This document shows, in pieces, positions 8,466 to 16,495 of a DNA stretch of 32,676 bases (its first letter is position 1; each line of letters begins with the position of its first letter). This stretch comes from an uncultured archaeon (GTDB lineage Archaea; Altiarchaeota; Altiarchaeia; IMC4; QMZM01): the NCBI GenBank assembly GCA_964549685.1, contig CAZJVE010000011.1, positions 1 through 32,676 on the forward strand, written 5' to 3'. A program made the position numbers and the translations under genes. The notes beneath the pieces were generated by a model. It did no database searches and was not told the origin of the DNA. It worked only from the letters and a program-made list of their open reading frames with translations.

Positions 8466-9092
8466 TTGGAATCAAAAATACTTAAAGGAACCACTACGAT
8501 AGGGTTGACATGCTCTGATGGAGTTGTATTAGTCGCAGACAAGAGAGCGTCCTGGGGAACCTTTGTTGCCAGTAAGGAGGCCAGGAAGATATTCAACATA
8601 AACGATGTCGTAGGGGCGACCGTTGCAGGCTCCGTTGGGGATGCCGAGGCGCTGATGAGAGTAATACGGGCAGAGGCCTCCCTTTACGAGATGAACAACA
8701 AAGGGAAGATGTCCGCCAACGCCGTTGCAAGCTTGCTGGCAAATATTCTCCAGGGGAACAAGATATTTCCATACCTCGTGCAGCTCGTCATTGCAGGGAT
8801 GGACGGGGAGGCGAGGCTATTCACTCTCGACCCTATAGGGGGGCTTATCGAGGAGAAGATGGCCTCTTCCGGCTCAGGTTCGCCCGTGGCTTACGGAGTC
8901 CTTGAGCAGCAGTACTCTCATGAGAAGAGCGTGGGTGAGAACATTCCCATAGCCTTGAGGGCCCTGAAGTCCGCGATGGCCCGCGACACCGCAACGGGAG
9001 ACGGCATAAACCTGGTGAGCATAACAAAGGACGGCTTCAAGGAATACACCAAAGAGGAGATAGACTCCATATTGGAAGGCAACAACTCCTAA
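8466..9092 (+). CDS. psmB: Proteasome beta subunit
   Basis: Short propeptide MESKILKG followed by catalytic TTTIG; DGVVLVADKRAS, GSGSPVAYGVLE and RDTATGDG motifs; TTG start with GAGG SD. Confidence 0.96.
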   Translation: MESKILKGTTTIGLTCSDGVVLVADKRASWGTFVASKEARKIFNINDVVGATVAGSVGDAEALMRVIRAEASLYEMNNKGKMSANAVASLLANILQGNKIFPYLVQLVIAGMDGEARLFTLDPIGGLIEEKMASSGSGSPVAYGVLEQQYSHEKSVGENIPIALRALKSAMARDTATGDGINLVSITKDGFKEYTKEEIDSILEGNNS

Positions 9093-9215
9093 AAATCACG
9101 CTTCTGGTGAATTAAGCACCTAGAATTTTGCTGACATTACAATATGAAAACTAATTGAATCGCTGTCGTAGATTCTATCTGTCAGAATTAATCAGTTTCA
9201 GAAAGAGGAGATACT

Positions 9216-11102
9216 TTGGAATTAAAGAACATAAAGCAACTGGTGGAGGAGAACGCTCCCGAGGGGAAGGTAACTAAAGTAGATGTAGAAGGGCCGAAGA
9301 TAATCCTCTACACGGACGACCTTAACTTTTTCATCGACAATAATAACGAGGTCAGGAAGCTTGCCACCATCCTGAAGAAGAGAATCATCATAAGGCCGAA
9401 TGCCGGGGAGATGACAGAGCCCGAAAAGGCAAGAGAGATAGTCAGGGAAATAATCCCGGAGGAGGCGGACATTACAGGAATCGAGTTCGACGAGGACTTC
9501 AGGGAGATTTACATAGAGGCCGAGAAACTAGGGCTCGTCATAGGCAAGAGGGGTTCCACACTGGACGAGATTACGAAGAGGACAGGCTGGATTCCCAAGC
9601 TGCTGAGGAAGCCTCCAATCGTTTCGGAGACAATCAGGGGGACTAGAAAGATTCTGTTCGAGAGCGGCGCCGAGAGGCAGAAGATTCTTCGCTCCGTTGG
9701 CAAGAAAATCTACAGGAAGCCCGATGCGGAGTGCGACTGGATAAGAGTGATGCCACTTGGAGGTGCACGGGAGGTCGGCCGTTCATGCGTCCTGCTGCAG
9801 ACACCAGAGAGCAATGTCCTTATCGACTGCGGAATAAACGTCGCTGCCTCGGACAGCGACAGATTCCCGGATTTCAGGGCATCCAAGATAGCCATAGACC
9901 AGCTGGATGCAGTCATTGTTTCGCATGCGCATCTCGATCATTGCGGCTTCATTCCTTATCTTTATAAATATGGTTACGATGGACCGGTCTACTGCACCGA
10001 GCCAACCAGAGATTTGATGACACTCCTTCAGCTGGATGCTGTCGAAATCGGGGAGAGGGAGAACAGAGAGCTACCATACTCCTCGAAGGAGGTGAGGAAG
10101 ACCATAAAGCACACCATAACCCTGGACTACGAGGAGGTTGCCGACATCACTCCGGACATGCGTCTCACTCTATACAACGCGGGGCACATCCTGGGCTCAT
10201 CAGTTGTTCATCTGCATATCGGCGAAGGATTGCACAATCTGGTCTATACCGGCGACCTGAAGTTCGGGGATACCAGGCTGCTGGAGGCCGCGAACTTCGA
10301 ATTCCCCAGGGTTGAGACGCTCATGATGGAGAGCACCTATGGGGGGCGGTATGACATCCAGCCAAGGAGGAGGGACTCGGAGAGCGAGATGATTCAGACC
10401 ATAGAGAACACAATCAAGAAAAAAGGCAAGGTCCTGGTTCCGGTATTTTCGGTAGGAAGGTCGCAGGAGGTCATGATGGTCCTTGAGAACTACTCGCGCT
10501 ATGAAGGACTTGATATTCCAATCTATATCGACGGCATGATATGGGAGGCAACGGCCATACACACGTCCTACCCGGAGCATCTAAAAGGCAATATAAAGAA
10601 GAGGATATTCAACGGGCAGAACCCCTTCCTGATGGACAATTTCGAGAGGGTCAAACCGAAGGAGAGACAGTCGATAATCGAGAGTGAGGATTCCTGCGTG
10701 ATTCTTGCAACCTCCGGAATGATGACAGGGGGTCCTTCTGTAGAATACTTCAAGAACCTTGCGCACGACCCGAACAACGTCCTGGCCTTTGTCGGATACC
10801 AGGCCGAGGGCTCCCTCGGAAGGAGGCTCCAGAACGGCCTCCCTGAAATTGCAATAGAAAAGAACGGCAAGATGACCAACCTTAAGATTAATATGGAGGT
10901 CAAGACCATAGACGGTTTCTCTGGCCACGCGGACAGGAGGCAGCTCCTCGGCTATTCGAAGAAGATTGCACCGAAGCCGAAGAGAGCGCTGATTATGCAC
11001 GGCGAGAGCAAGAAGTGCATGAACCTGGCTATGACCCTGTACGAGATGTTTGGTTTTGAAGCATCTGCGCCGCAGAATTTGGATGCTGTGAGGCTGGTTT
11101 AG
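9216..11102 (+). CDS. fttA: aCPSF1/FttA beta-CASP ribonuclease with KH domains (transcription termination factor)
   Basis: KH (GLVIGKRG), LGGAREVGRS, HAHLDH, AGHILGS, MESTYG and FSGHADR motifs; follows psmB; TTG start with GAGGAG SD. Confidence 0.95.
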   Translation: MELKNIKQLVEENAPEGKVTKVDVEGPKIILYTDDLNFFIDNNNEVRKLATILKKRIIIRPNAGEMTEPEKAREIVREIIPEEADITGIEFDEDFREIYIEAEKLGLVIGKRGSTLDEITKRTGWIPKLLRKPPIVSETIRGTRKILFESGAERQKILRSVGKKIYRKPDAECDWIRVMPLGGAREVGRSCVLLQTPESNVLIDCGINVAASDSDRFPDFRASKIAIDQLDAVIVSHAHLDHCGFIPYLYKYGYDGPVYCTEPTRDLMTLLQLDAVEIGERENRELPYSSKEVRKTIKHTITLDYEEVADITPDMRLTLYNAGHILGSSVVHLHIGEGLHNLVYTGDLKFGDTRLLEAANFEFPRVETLMMESTYGGRYDIQPRRRDSESEMIQTIENTIKKKGKVLVPVFSVGRSQEVMMVLENYSRYEGLDIPIYIDGMIWEATAIHTSYPEHLKGNIKKRIFNGQNPFLMDNFERVKPKERQSIIESEDSCVILATSGMMTGGPSVEYFKNLAHDPNNVLAFVGYQAEGSLGRRLQNGLPEIAIEKNGKMTNLKINMEVKTIDGFSGHADRRQLLGYSKKIAPKPKRALIMHGESKKCMNLAMTLYEMFGFEASAPQNLDAVRLV

Positions 11103-11434
11103 GAATCTTTGATCTTACTTATGTTGTCTTTCAGCTCAGTAACCTTGTTCTCAACGATATCCCAGACGATTTTAAGGTCGATTCCGAAGTAGCCGTGCGT
11201 GATTATGTCCCTCAGGCCGGCTATCTTCTTCCACTCCACCTCAGGGTGTTTTTTCTTTACTTCCTCAGGAATATTCTTGACGGCCTCGCCTATAATCTCA
11301 AGATTTCTGGTAACGGCATCCGCGACAAGGCTGTTGCCCTCAAAATCCCCGAAGGACATGCCCTTTGTATACTCTTCTATCTTACGGATTGCATCGATTA
11401 TGTCATCGACATAAAGTCGGTAATCACGTTGCAT
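11099..11434 (-). CDS. HEPN (DUF86/HepT-like) RNase toxin
   Basis: DAVTRNLEIIGEA and the RX4HXY motif RDIITHGY; downstream of and overlapping an MNT gene. Confidence 0.92.
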   Translation of the reverse strand: MQRDYRLYVDDIIDAIRKIEEYTKGMSFGDFEGNSLVADAVTRNLEIIGEAVKNIPEEVKKKHPEVEWKKIAGLRDIITHGYFGIDLKIVWDIVENKVTELKDNISKIKDS

Positions 11435-11720
11435 ATTCTACCTCGTCCATTATGTGGTGCTTAATCCTGCTCTTCAGGGCGTCACTTATAACGAGGTCTG
11501 TTTTCTGGCCCAGTAAGTCCTCAAGAAAAAATTTGAGTTCCATGTAGTTGTCGAACGTTTTCTTGTCTTCCTCAAACTCCACCAGAAGGTCTACGTCGCT
11601 CCCTTCCTTTTGCTCGTTTTTCACGTAGGAGCCGAAAAGCCCTATCCTCCCAGCACCATACTTCTCGGTGCGCTCTCTGTTTTCCCTGAGTCTCCTCAGT
11701 ATTTCGTCCTTGTTAAGCAT
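11424..11720 (-). CDS. Minimal nucleotidyltransferase (MNT/MntA-like) antitoxin
   Basis: GLFGSY...SDVDLLVEF (GS-x10-DxD) motif; 98 aa; paired with the HEPN gene. Confidence 0.92.
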   Translation of the reverse strand: MLNKDEILRRLRENRERTEKYGAGRIGLFGSYVKNEQKEGSDVDLLVEFEEDKKTFDNYMELKFFLEDLLGQKTDLVISDALKSRIKHHIMDEVEYAT

Positions 11721-11776
11721 CTTCCGTTTAATTATGGGGCCTCAATTAAAATAATTCCCTTTGTGGTGTTTTTTTA

Positions 11777-11820
11777 TGTAGTGCCCAACTTTTTTGTAGT
11801 TCTGTAGTGCCTAACTCTTT
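11777..11820. repeat. Imperfect direct repeat TGTAGTGCC(C/T)AACT x2, 26 nt apart
   Basis: tgtagtgcccaactttttt at 11777 and tgtagtgcctaactcttt at 11803. Confidence 0.6.
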
Positions 11821-11861
11821 AAAGCCGGTTTATTTTTTATTTTTGCATCAAATATATTCTC

Positions 11862-12377
11862 ATGAAAGCTCTGTTTATCCTTATGCCCGAGGGCTTCAGG
11901 GACGAGGAGTTCGCAGTCCCGAAGGAGAAGCTGGAAAGCGCCGGGGTCGAGGTTACCGTGGCTGGTCTGCGGCCTGGCGAGTGTAAGGGGATGCTGGGGA
12001 TGACCTATACTCCCGAGACCACTATAGATAACGTTTCTGTCGATGATTTCGATGCCATCGTCATCCCGGGAGGTTCTGGTTCTCCGGCACATCTCTGGGA
12101 CAATCCGAAGGTGCATCAGATGGCTAGGGATGCATACGACAAGGGAAAGATTGTGGCGAGCATATGCCTTGCTCCTACAGCACTGGCGAATGCAGGACTT
12201 CTCAAGGGGAAGAATGCTACCGTTTCCGGCAGCAGCAACGCACCGGATATTCTGAAGGAGAAGGGCGCGAATTATCTTGCTGATGATGTTGTTGTAGACG
12301 GAAATATAATCACGGCTGTAGGGCCTGCGGCAGCTGGGAAATTCGCAGAGAAAATTCTCGAGAAACTATTGGCGTAA
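11862..12377 (+). CDS. DJ-1/PfpI family protein
   Basis: EGFRDEEF, FDAIVIPGG, nucleophile elbow ASICLAP and VVVDGNIITA motifs. Confidence 0.93.
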   Translation: MKALFILMPEGFRDEEFAVPKEKLESAGVEVTVAGLRPGECKGMLGMTYTPETTIDNVSVDDFDAIVIPGGSGSPAHLWDNPKVHQMARDAYDKGKIVASICLAPTALANAGLLKGKNATVSGSSNAPDILKEKGANYLADDVVVDGNIITAVGPAAAGKFAEKILEKLLA

Positions 12378-12503
12378 GCAGTTCGGAAGCTCCTCCCTGG
12401 CTCCGTGGAACCTGATGCACTCGCAGCATATTCCGTGCCTCTCGCAGTCGTCGTAGGGGCACGAGCAGTCGGCTTCGTTCCTCTCTTTATTCGCGCAGTC
12501 CAT
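12366..12503 (-). CDS. Small Cys-rich protein (DUF6485-like), not in the ORF track
   Basis: My translation: MDCANKERNEADCSCPYDDCERHGICCECIRFHGAREELPNCLRQ (45 aa, 8 Cys, 2 His). The CxC-x4-C-x2-HG-x-CCEC-x3-H-x5-LPxC pattern is recalled from DUF6485. Confidence 0.75.
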   Translation of the reverse strand: MDCANKERNEADCSCPYDDCERHGICCECIRFHGAREELPNCLRQ

Positions 12504-12515
12504 ATCCTATTTATT

Positions 12516-13160
12516 ATGAAGAAGGATTTATTAAACATCCACGACAGGCTGCTGGAGAGGTTCGGCAGGCAGGAATGGTGGCCAGCAGACACGAAATTCG
12601 AGGTCATCGTAGGGGCGATTCTCACGCAGAACGCGAACTGGAAGAACGTGGGGAGGGCGATTGGAAATCTGAGGGAGAACAATCTGCTGGAGCCGGTGGG
12701 AATCCACCGCGTTGATGAGGAGAGATTGAAAGAGCCGATAAGGCCGGCAGGTTATTATAATTCAAAGGCGAAAAAGCTGAAAGAATTCACGAATTTTCTT
12801 TTTAAAAATTATAAAAATTTGGATGAATTCCTGACCCTACCCAAGGAGGAGTTGAGAGAACATCTCCTCTCCATCTGGGGCATAGGACCAGAGACGGCAG
12901 ATTCGATAGTCCTGTATGCCGCCAATAAACCGAGCTTCGTCGTGGATGCATACACGAGAAGAATCTTTTCGAGGATGGGTCTTGTGGATGAGAAGATAGG
13001 TTATGACGAACTGAAGAAGTTCTTTGAGGATAATCTTCCTGAAGACGCTGCCCTCTACCAGGAGTTCCACGCGCTGATTGTCGAGCTGGGAAAGAATTAC
13101 TGCAGGACAAAGCCGCTGTGCGATGAATGCCCGCTCGTCAGTCTTTGCCCGGCACCGTAG
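12516..13160 (+). CDS. HhH-GPD endonuclease III-related DNA glycosylase (COG2231/MJ1434-like) with a [4Fe-4S] cluster
   Basis: WWPADTKFEVIVGAILTQN, HhH GIGPETADSI (E at the lyase Lys position), VVDAYTRR and C-x6-C-x2-C-x5-C. The start is reassigned to ATG 12516. Confidence 0.88.
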   Translation: MKKDLLNIHDRLLERFGRQEWWPADTKFEVIVGAILTQNANWKNVGRAIGNLRENNLLEPVGIHRVDEERLKEPIRPAGYYNSKAKKLKEFTNFLFKNYKNLDEFLTLPKEELREHLLSIWGIGPETADSIVLYAANKPSFVVDAYTRRIFSRMGLVDEKIGYDELKKFFEDNLPEDAALYQEFHALIVELGKNYCRTKPLCDECPLVSLCPAP

Positions 13161-14016
13161 TTATCGTGAGTCTTTCCAGCTCCGGAATCCTGTCCATCGC
13201 CAGCCGTCTTATGTCCGATGCAATCCTGTCTGCCTGCTCCACCGTCATCTTTGCATCCACCTCAATCTCCATTTCTCCCAGCAGGACGGAACCGGAGCGC
13301 CGGAGCCTTACGTCCCCTGCCTTCCTGACGCCCTTGAATTCCCCGGCTATTTCCTTGATGGAATTCTGCTCCAGCGAGCAGGAGGTGCACGCGTCGACAA
13401 GGAGATTGGTGGACTCCTTAATCTCAGTAAAGCCCAGGTGCAGGATTATCACAGCCACGATGAAACCCACCACGGCATCAGCAACCGGGAAACCGAGGGC
13501 TGAGAAAAGTATCGCAATAACTACAAGGAAGGATGTGGCTGCGTCCTTCAGGGTGTTCTTTGCGTCGAGCTTTACTGAAAGGAGGCCCGTCCTCTTTCCC
13601 TCTCTCAGCTTGTAGAAGCCGAGGGCAGCGGTTATGATAGAGACCGACAGCGCGACCCCCGCCCCAAGAAGGGGCAGCTGCAGGGCATGGGGATTGACGA
13701 ACTGCTCATAGGAGCGGTAGCCGATGTACAGCGCAAGGAAGAGCATGACTATTGCCGCCATTACCGAACCGATTGTCTCAACCCGGTAGTAGCCAAAGTG
13801 GAACTTTTCATCCGCCGGGCGCTTCGAGTAGCGAAGGCCAAACCAGATGATGAGGGAGACAAAACCGTCGCCGGCACAATCTATGCCGTTAGCTGTCAAG
13901 GCGACGCTTCGCGAGACGAATTCCCCAAGGAATATCTGGAGAATTCCCGCTGAAATCAGGAATGCTGCGGTGACCGCCGCAAGCCTCTCGGCAACCTCGC
14001 CCTTCGCTCTTGCCAT
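13138..14016 (-). CDS. Cation diffusion facilitator (CDF) family transporter
   Basis: Six predicted TM helices, RPADEKFHFGYYRVE motif and C-terminal DVRLRRSG...MTVEQAD domain. Confidence 0.92.
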   Translation of the reverse strand: MARAKGEVAERLAAVTAAFLISAGILQIFLGEFVSRSVALTANGIDCAGDGFVSLIIWFGLRYSKRPADEKFHFGYYRVETIGSVMAAIVMLFLALYIGYRSYEQFVNPHALQLPLLGAGVALSVSIITAALGFYKLREGKRTGLLSVKLDAKNTLKDAATSFLVVIAILFSALGFPVADAVVGFIVAVIILHLGFTEIKESTNLLVDACTSCSLEQNSIKEIAGEFKGVRKAGDVRLRRSGSVLLGEMEIEVDAKMTVEQADRIASDIRRLAMDRIPELERLTITTVPGKD

Positions 14017-14067
14017 AACTTCTAATTAGAAGGAAAAGTATTTATTCCAGAAAAACTAATCTATAAC

Positions 14068-14208
14068 ATGGAGCTCTACTTCGACCCCGAGAGGAAGGAG
14101 TACATCATAGAGGACAAAGGCCACTCCCTCAACCTGAAGGAAGAGGAGCTCAAGATAGTCCTGAAGAACCCGACAGGGATTTCGTTCAGGCTGCACTTTA
14201 ATAAGTAG
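14068..14208 (+). CDS. Small hypothetical protein (46 aa), not in the ORF track
   Basis: MELYFDPERKEYIIEDKGHSLNLKEEELKIVLKNPTGISFRLHFNK. It fills the CDF-argG gap exactly, uses the same GAG/AAG/CTG/ATA codons as neighbouring genes, and has an A-rich plus TATTTAT element about 25-35 nt upstream. Confidence 0.7.
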   Translation: MELYFDPERKEYIIEDKGHSLNLKEEELKIVLKNPTGISFRLHFNK

Positions 14209-15396
14209 TTACTTTTTTCTCCTGGAGGCAATCTCTGACGGCAGTCCCCAGAGCCTTACGAATCCCTCCGCGAGCTTGTGGTCGAATTTATCAGCCTTGT
14301 CGTATGTTGCAAGGCCGAGGTCGTAGAGGGAGTTGTCTGATTCCCTTCCCACGACGGTTGCAGTGCCTTTAAAGAGCTTCATCCTGACAGTGCCTGAAAC
14401 GGACTCCTGCGTCTTGGCTATGAATGAGTTGAGGTCGTGCATCAGGGGCTCGTACCACTGGCCGAAGTATGCGAGCTGGGCCCATCTTGAATCGACAATC
14501 TCCTTGAAGATGACCTCCTCCCTTGTGAGGGTGAGTCTTTCCAGGTCCCTGTGGGCCTCCAGCATTATCGTAGCGGCAGGGCATTCGTATATTTCCCTTG
14601 ATTTTATACCGACAAGGCGGTCCTCAATCATGTCAATCCTGCCGATGCCGTGCCTTCCTCCAAGGCCGTTGAGCTTCTGGATTAGTTTGACTCCGTCCAT
14701 CTCCCTGCCGTCCAGGGAAACAGGGACTCCGTGCCCGAATCCTATCTTCACATACTCCGGTTTGTCGGGGGCCTTCTCGGGAGGGACAGTCCATTTGTAG
14801 ACGTCCTCGCTCGGCTGGTGCATCGGGTCCTCCAGTGGCCCTGCCTCGATGCTCCTGCCCCAGAGATTCTCGTCGGTGCTGTACGGGGAGTTGACATCGA
14901 CGGGGATGGGAATTTTCTCCTTCTTTGCAAACTCTATGGCCTTGTCCCTCGTCAAATCCCACTCCCTTGCGGGGGCGATGATTTCCAGCCCGGGATTAAT
15001 GGCTCTTACAGCAAGCTCGAACCTTACCTGGTCGTTGCCTTTCCCGGTTGAACCATGAGAGACTGCGTCCGCCTTTTCCTTCTCTGCCGTCCTTGCAAGG
15101 TGCTTCCCTATCAGGGGCCTTGCTATCGCAGTGGCAACCGGGTATTTACTCTCATAGAGGGCGTTGGCCCTTATTGCAGGATTGATGTAGTGCTGGACAA
15201 ATTCCTCCCTGCAGTCGATGCTGTAGGTCTTCCTGGCTCCCAGCGACTTGGCCTTCTGCTCAATCTCCTTGAGGTCCTTTTCGCCCTGGCCGAGCTCCAG
15301 TGTCAGGGTAACCACATCGGCCTGATAATGTTCCTGCAGCCACTTGATGCAGATGGAGGTGTCGAGTCCGCCTGAATATGCAAGTACAACTTTCAT
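14209..15396 (-). CDS. argG: Argininosuccinate synthase
   Basis: KVVLAYSGGLDTS, HGSTGKGNDQVRFE, YSTDENLWGRS and GIKSREIYECP motifs. Confidence 0.98.
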   Translation of the reverse strand: MKVVLAYSGGLDTSICIKWLQEHYQADVVTLTLELGQGEKDLKEIEQKAKSLGARKTYSIDCREEFVQHYINPAIRANALYESKYPVATAIARPLIGKHLARTAEKEKADAVSHGSTGKGNDQVRFELAVRAINPGLEIIAPAREWDLTRDKAIEFAKKEKIPIPVDVNSPYSTDENLWGRSIEAGPLEDPMHQPSEDVYKWTVPPEKAPDKPEYVKIGFGHGVPVSLDGREMDGVKLIQKLNGLGGRHGIGRIDMIEDRLVGIKSREIYECPAATIMLEAHRDLERLTLTREEVIFKEIVDSRWAQLAYFGQWYEPLMHDLNSFIAKTQESVSGTVRMKLFKGTATVVGRESDNSLYDLGLATYDKADKFDHKLAEGFVRLWGLPSEIASRRKK

Positions 15397-15496
15397 GCTA
15401 TTATTGTATTATATTTGAGGTATTATATTACTGCCTCCTCACTGCAGGATTCGCTGGGATGAAATAAACGAAATAAACGACGAGTCCGTATAAAAC

Positions 15497-16450
15497 TCAC
15501 CACCTAAGATAGCCCATGAGCGTGGAGAACACGAGAATCTCCAGGTAAAAGAGCCATACCTGATAGCTACCGAGGATTGCAATGCTGTCCATGACAAGCA
15601 AGAACACGACGTCTGCGAACAGCGTGAAAAGCATCATGTAGAGGCCGAATACAAAGCCCTCCTTTCTCCTGAACTTCGGCTCGATGGAAAGAAGGTAGCG
15701 CCATGCAAGGAGCATGATAACCGGGGAGTTGAACATAAGAATCACCTCAAGGGATTCGGCCAGCTCGTTCTTCTGGAATATCACGGGGAGGAGGCAGATG
15801 CCAAGTATAATCCAGTAGCTGAGGAGAACCTCCAGAAATTCATTCATGTAGGAGGGCACGAACCCGCTCGTGGATTCCTTCACACCGGACAGTTCCTCCA
15901 GGACCTCTATCCTCCAGGGCTGTGTGTCCCCGGAATGAAAATAGAAAATCCTGTTCTCGAGATGGATTCCCCGCCTTACCATGCGCTGCTTTATGTCATT
16001 CAGGAATGCCTGAGGGTTTTTTATCGCAAACCTTGTCCTCTGGTTGTCGTATCTCAGGCCTATGAATTTCCCGAGGCCTATGTTCCTAGCAACAGCATAA
16101 TGCGATTCGACCAGCTTGATTCTCTTGAGGTCTATCGCCTCGCCGTTTATCACGACTGCGTCTGGCCCAAGGCTTACGCGGGTTTTGGAGATAACCCTTA
16201 CCTCGATGACAGAGAGCGTAACGAAGAATATCGCTATCATCGACCAGGGCAAAATATGAATCAGCCCCAGGGTTATGTGGCTCCGTCCCAGGAGGCCCTG
16301 CAGGCCTTCCTGCACAGGAAACGTAATGCCTTCAAGGCTGAGGAATGTTATAAGGAGCACCAGTGACACTATCAAAAGGTTCAGCAGATACGCTAAGCGT
16401 ATGTCCCTGCTTTCGTATTGAATCTCCGGAAGGTCCAACACCATGTCCAT
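15497..16450 (-). CDS. Hypothetical integral membrane protein (2 TM + PH-like soluble segment + about 4 TM)
   Basis: Long ORF with hydrophobic segments. The start is moved to ATG 16450 (or 16444) to avoid overlap with pyrB. Confidence 0.7.
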   Translation of the reverse strand: MDMVLDLPEIQYESRDIRLAYLLNLLIVSLVLLITFLSLEGITFPVQEGLQGLLGRSHITLGLIHILPWSMIAIFFVTLSVIEVRVISKTRVSLGPDAVVINGEAIDLKRIKLVESHYAVARNIGLGKFIGLRYDNQRTRFAIKNPQAFLNDIKQRMVRRGIHLENRIFYFHSGDTQPWRIEVLEELSGVKESTSGFVPSYMNEFLEVLLSYWIILGICLLPVIFQKNELAESLEVILMFNSPVIMLLAWRYLLSIEPKFRRKEGFVFGLYMMLFTLFADVVFLLVMDSIAILGSYQVWLFYLEILVFSTLMGYLRW

Positions 16451-16495
16451 CGCAGTTTCCCTTATTATTAATTCCTCATTCGTATATTTATTCAA

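Noticed and set aside
12405-12515. Hydrophobic N-terminal extension (membrane anchor) on the glycosylase
   Set aside because: It is better explained as the antisense of the Cys-rich microprotein; the family-like sequence begins at ATG 12516.
15461-15480. GAAATAAAC tandem duplication
   Set aside because: Two 9-nt copies, most simply part of a U-rich terminator for the minus-strand membrane protein gene.
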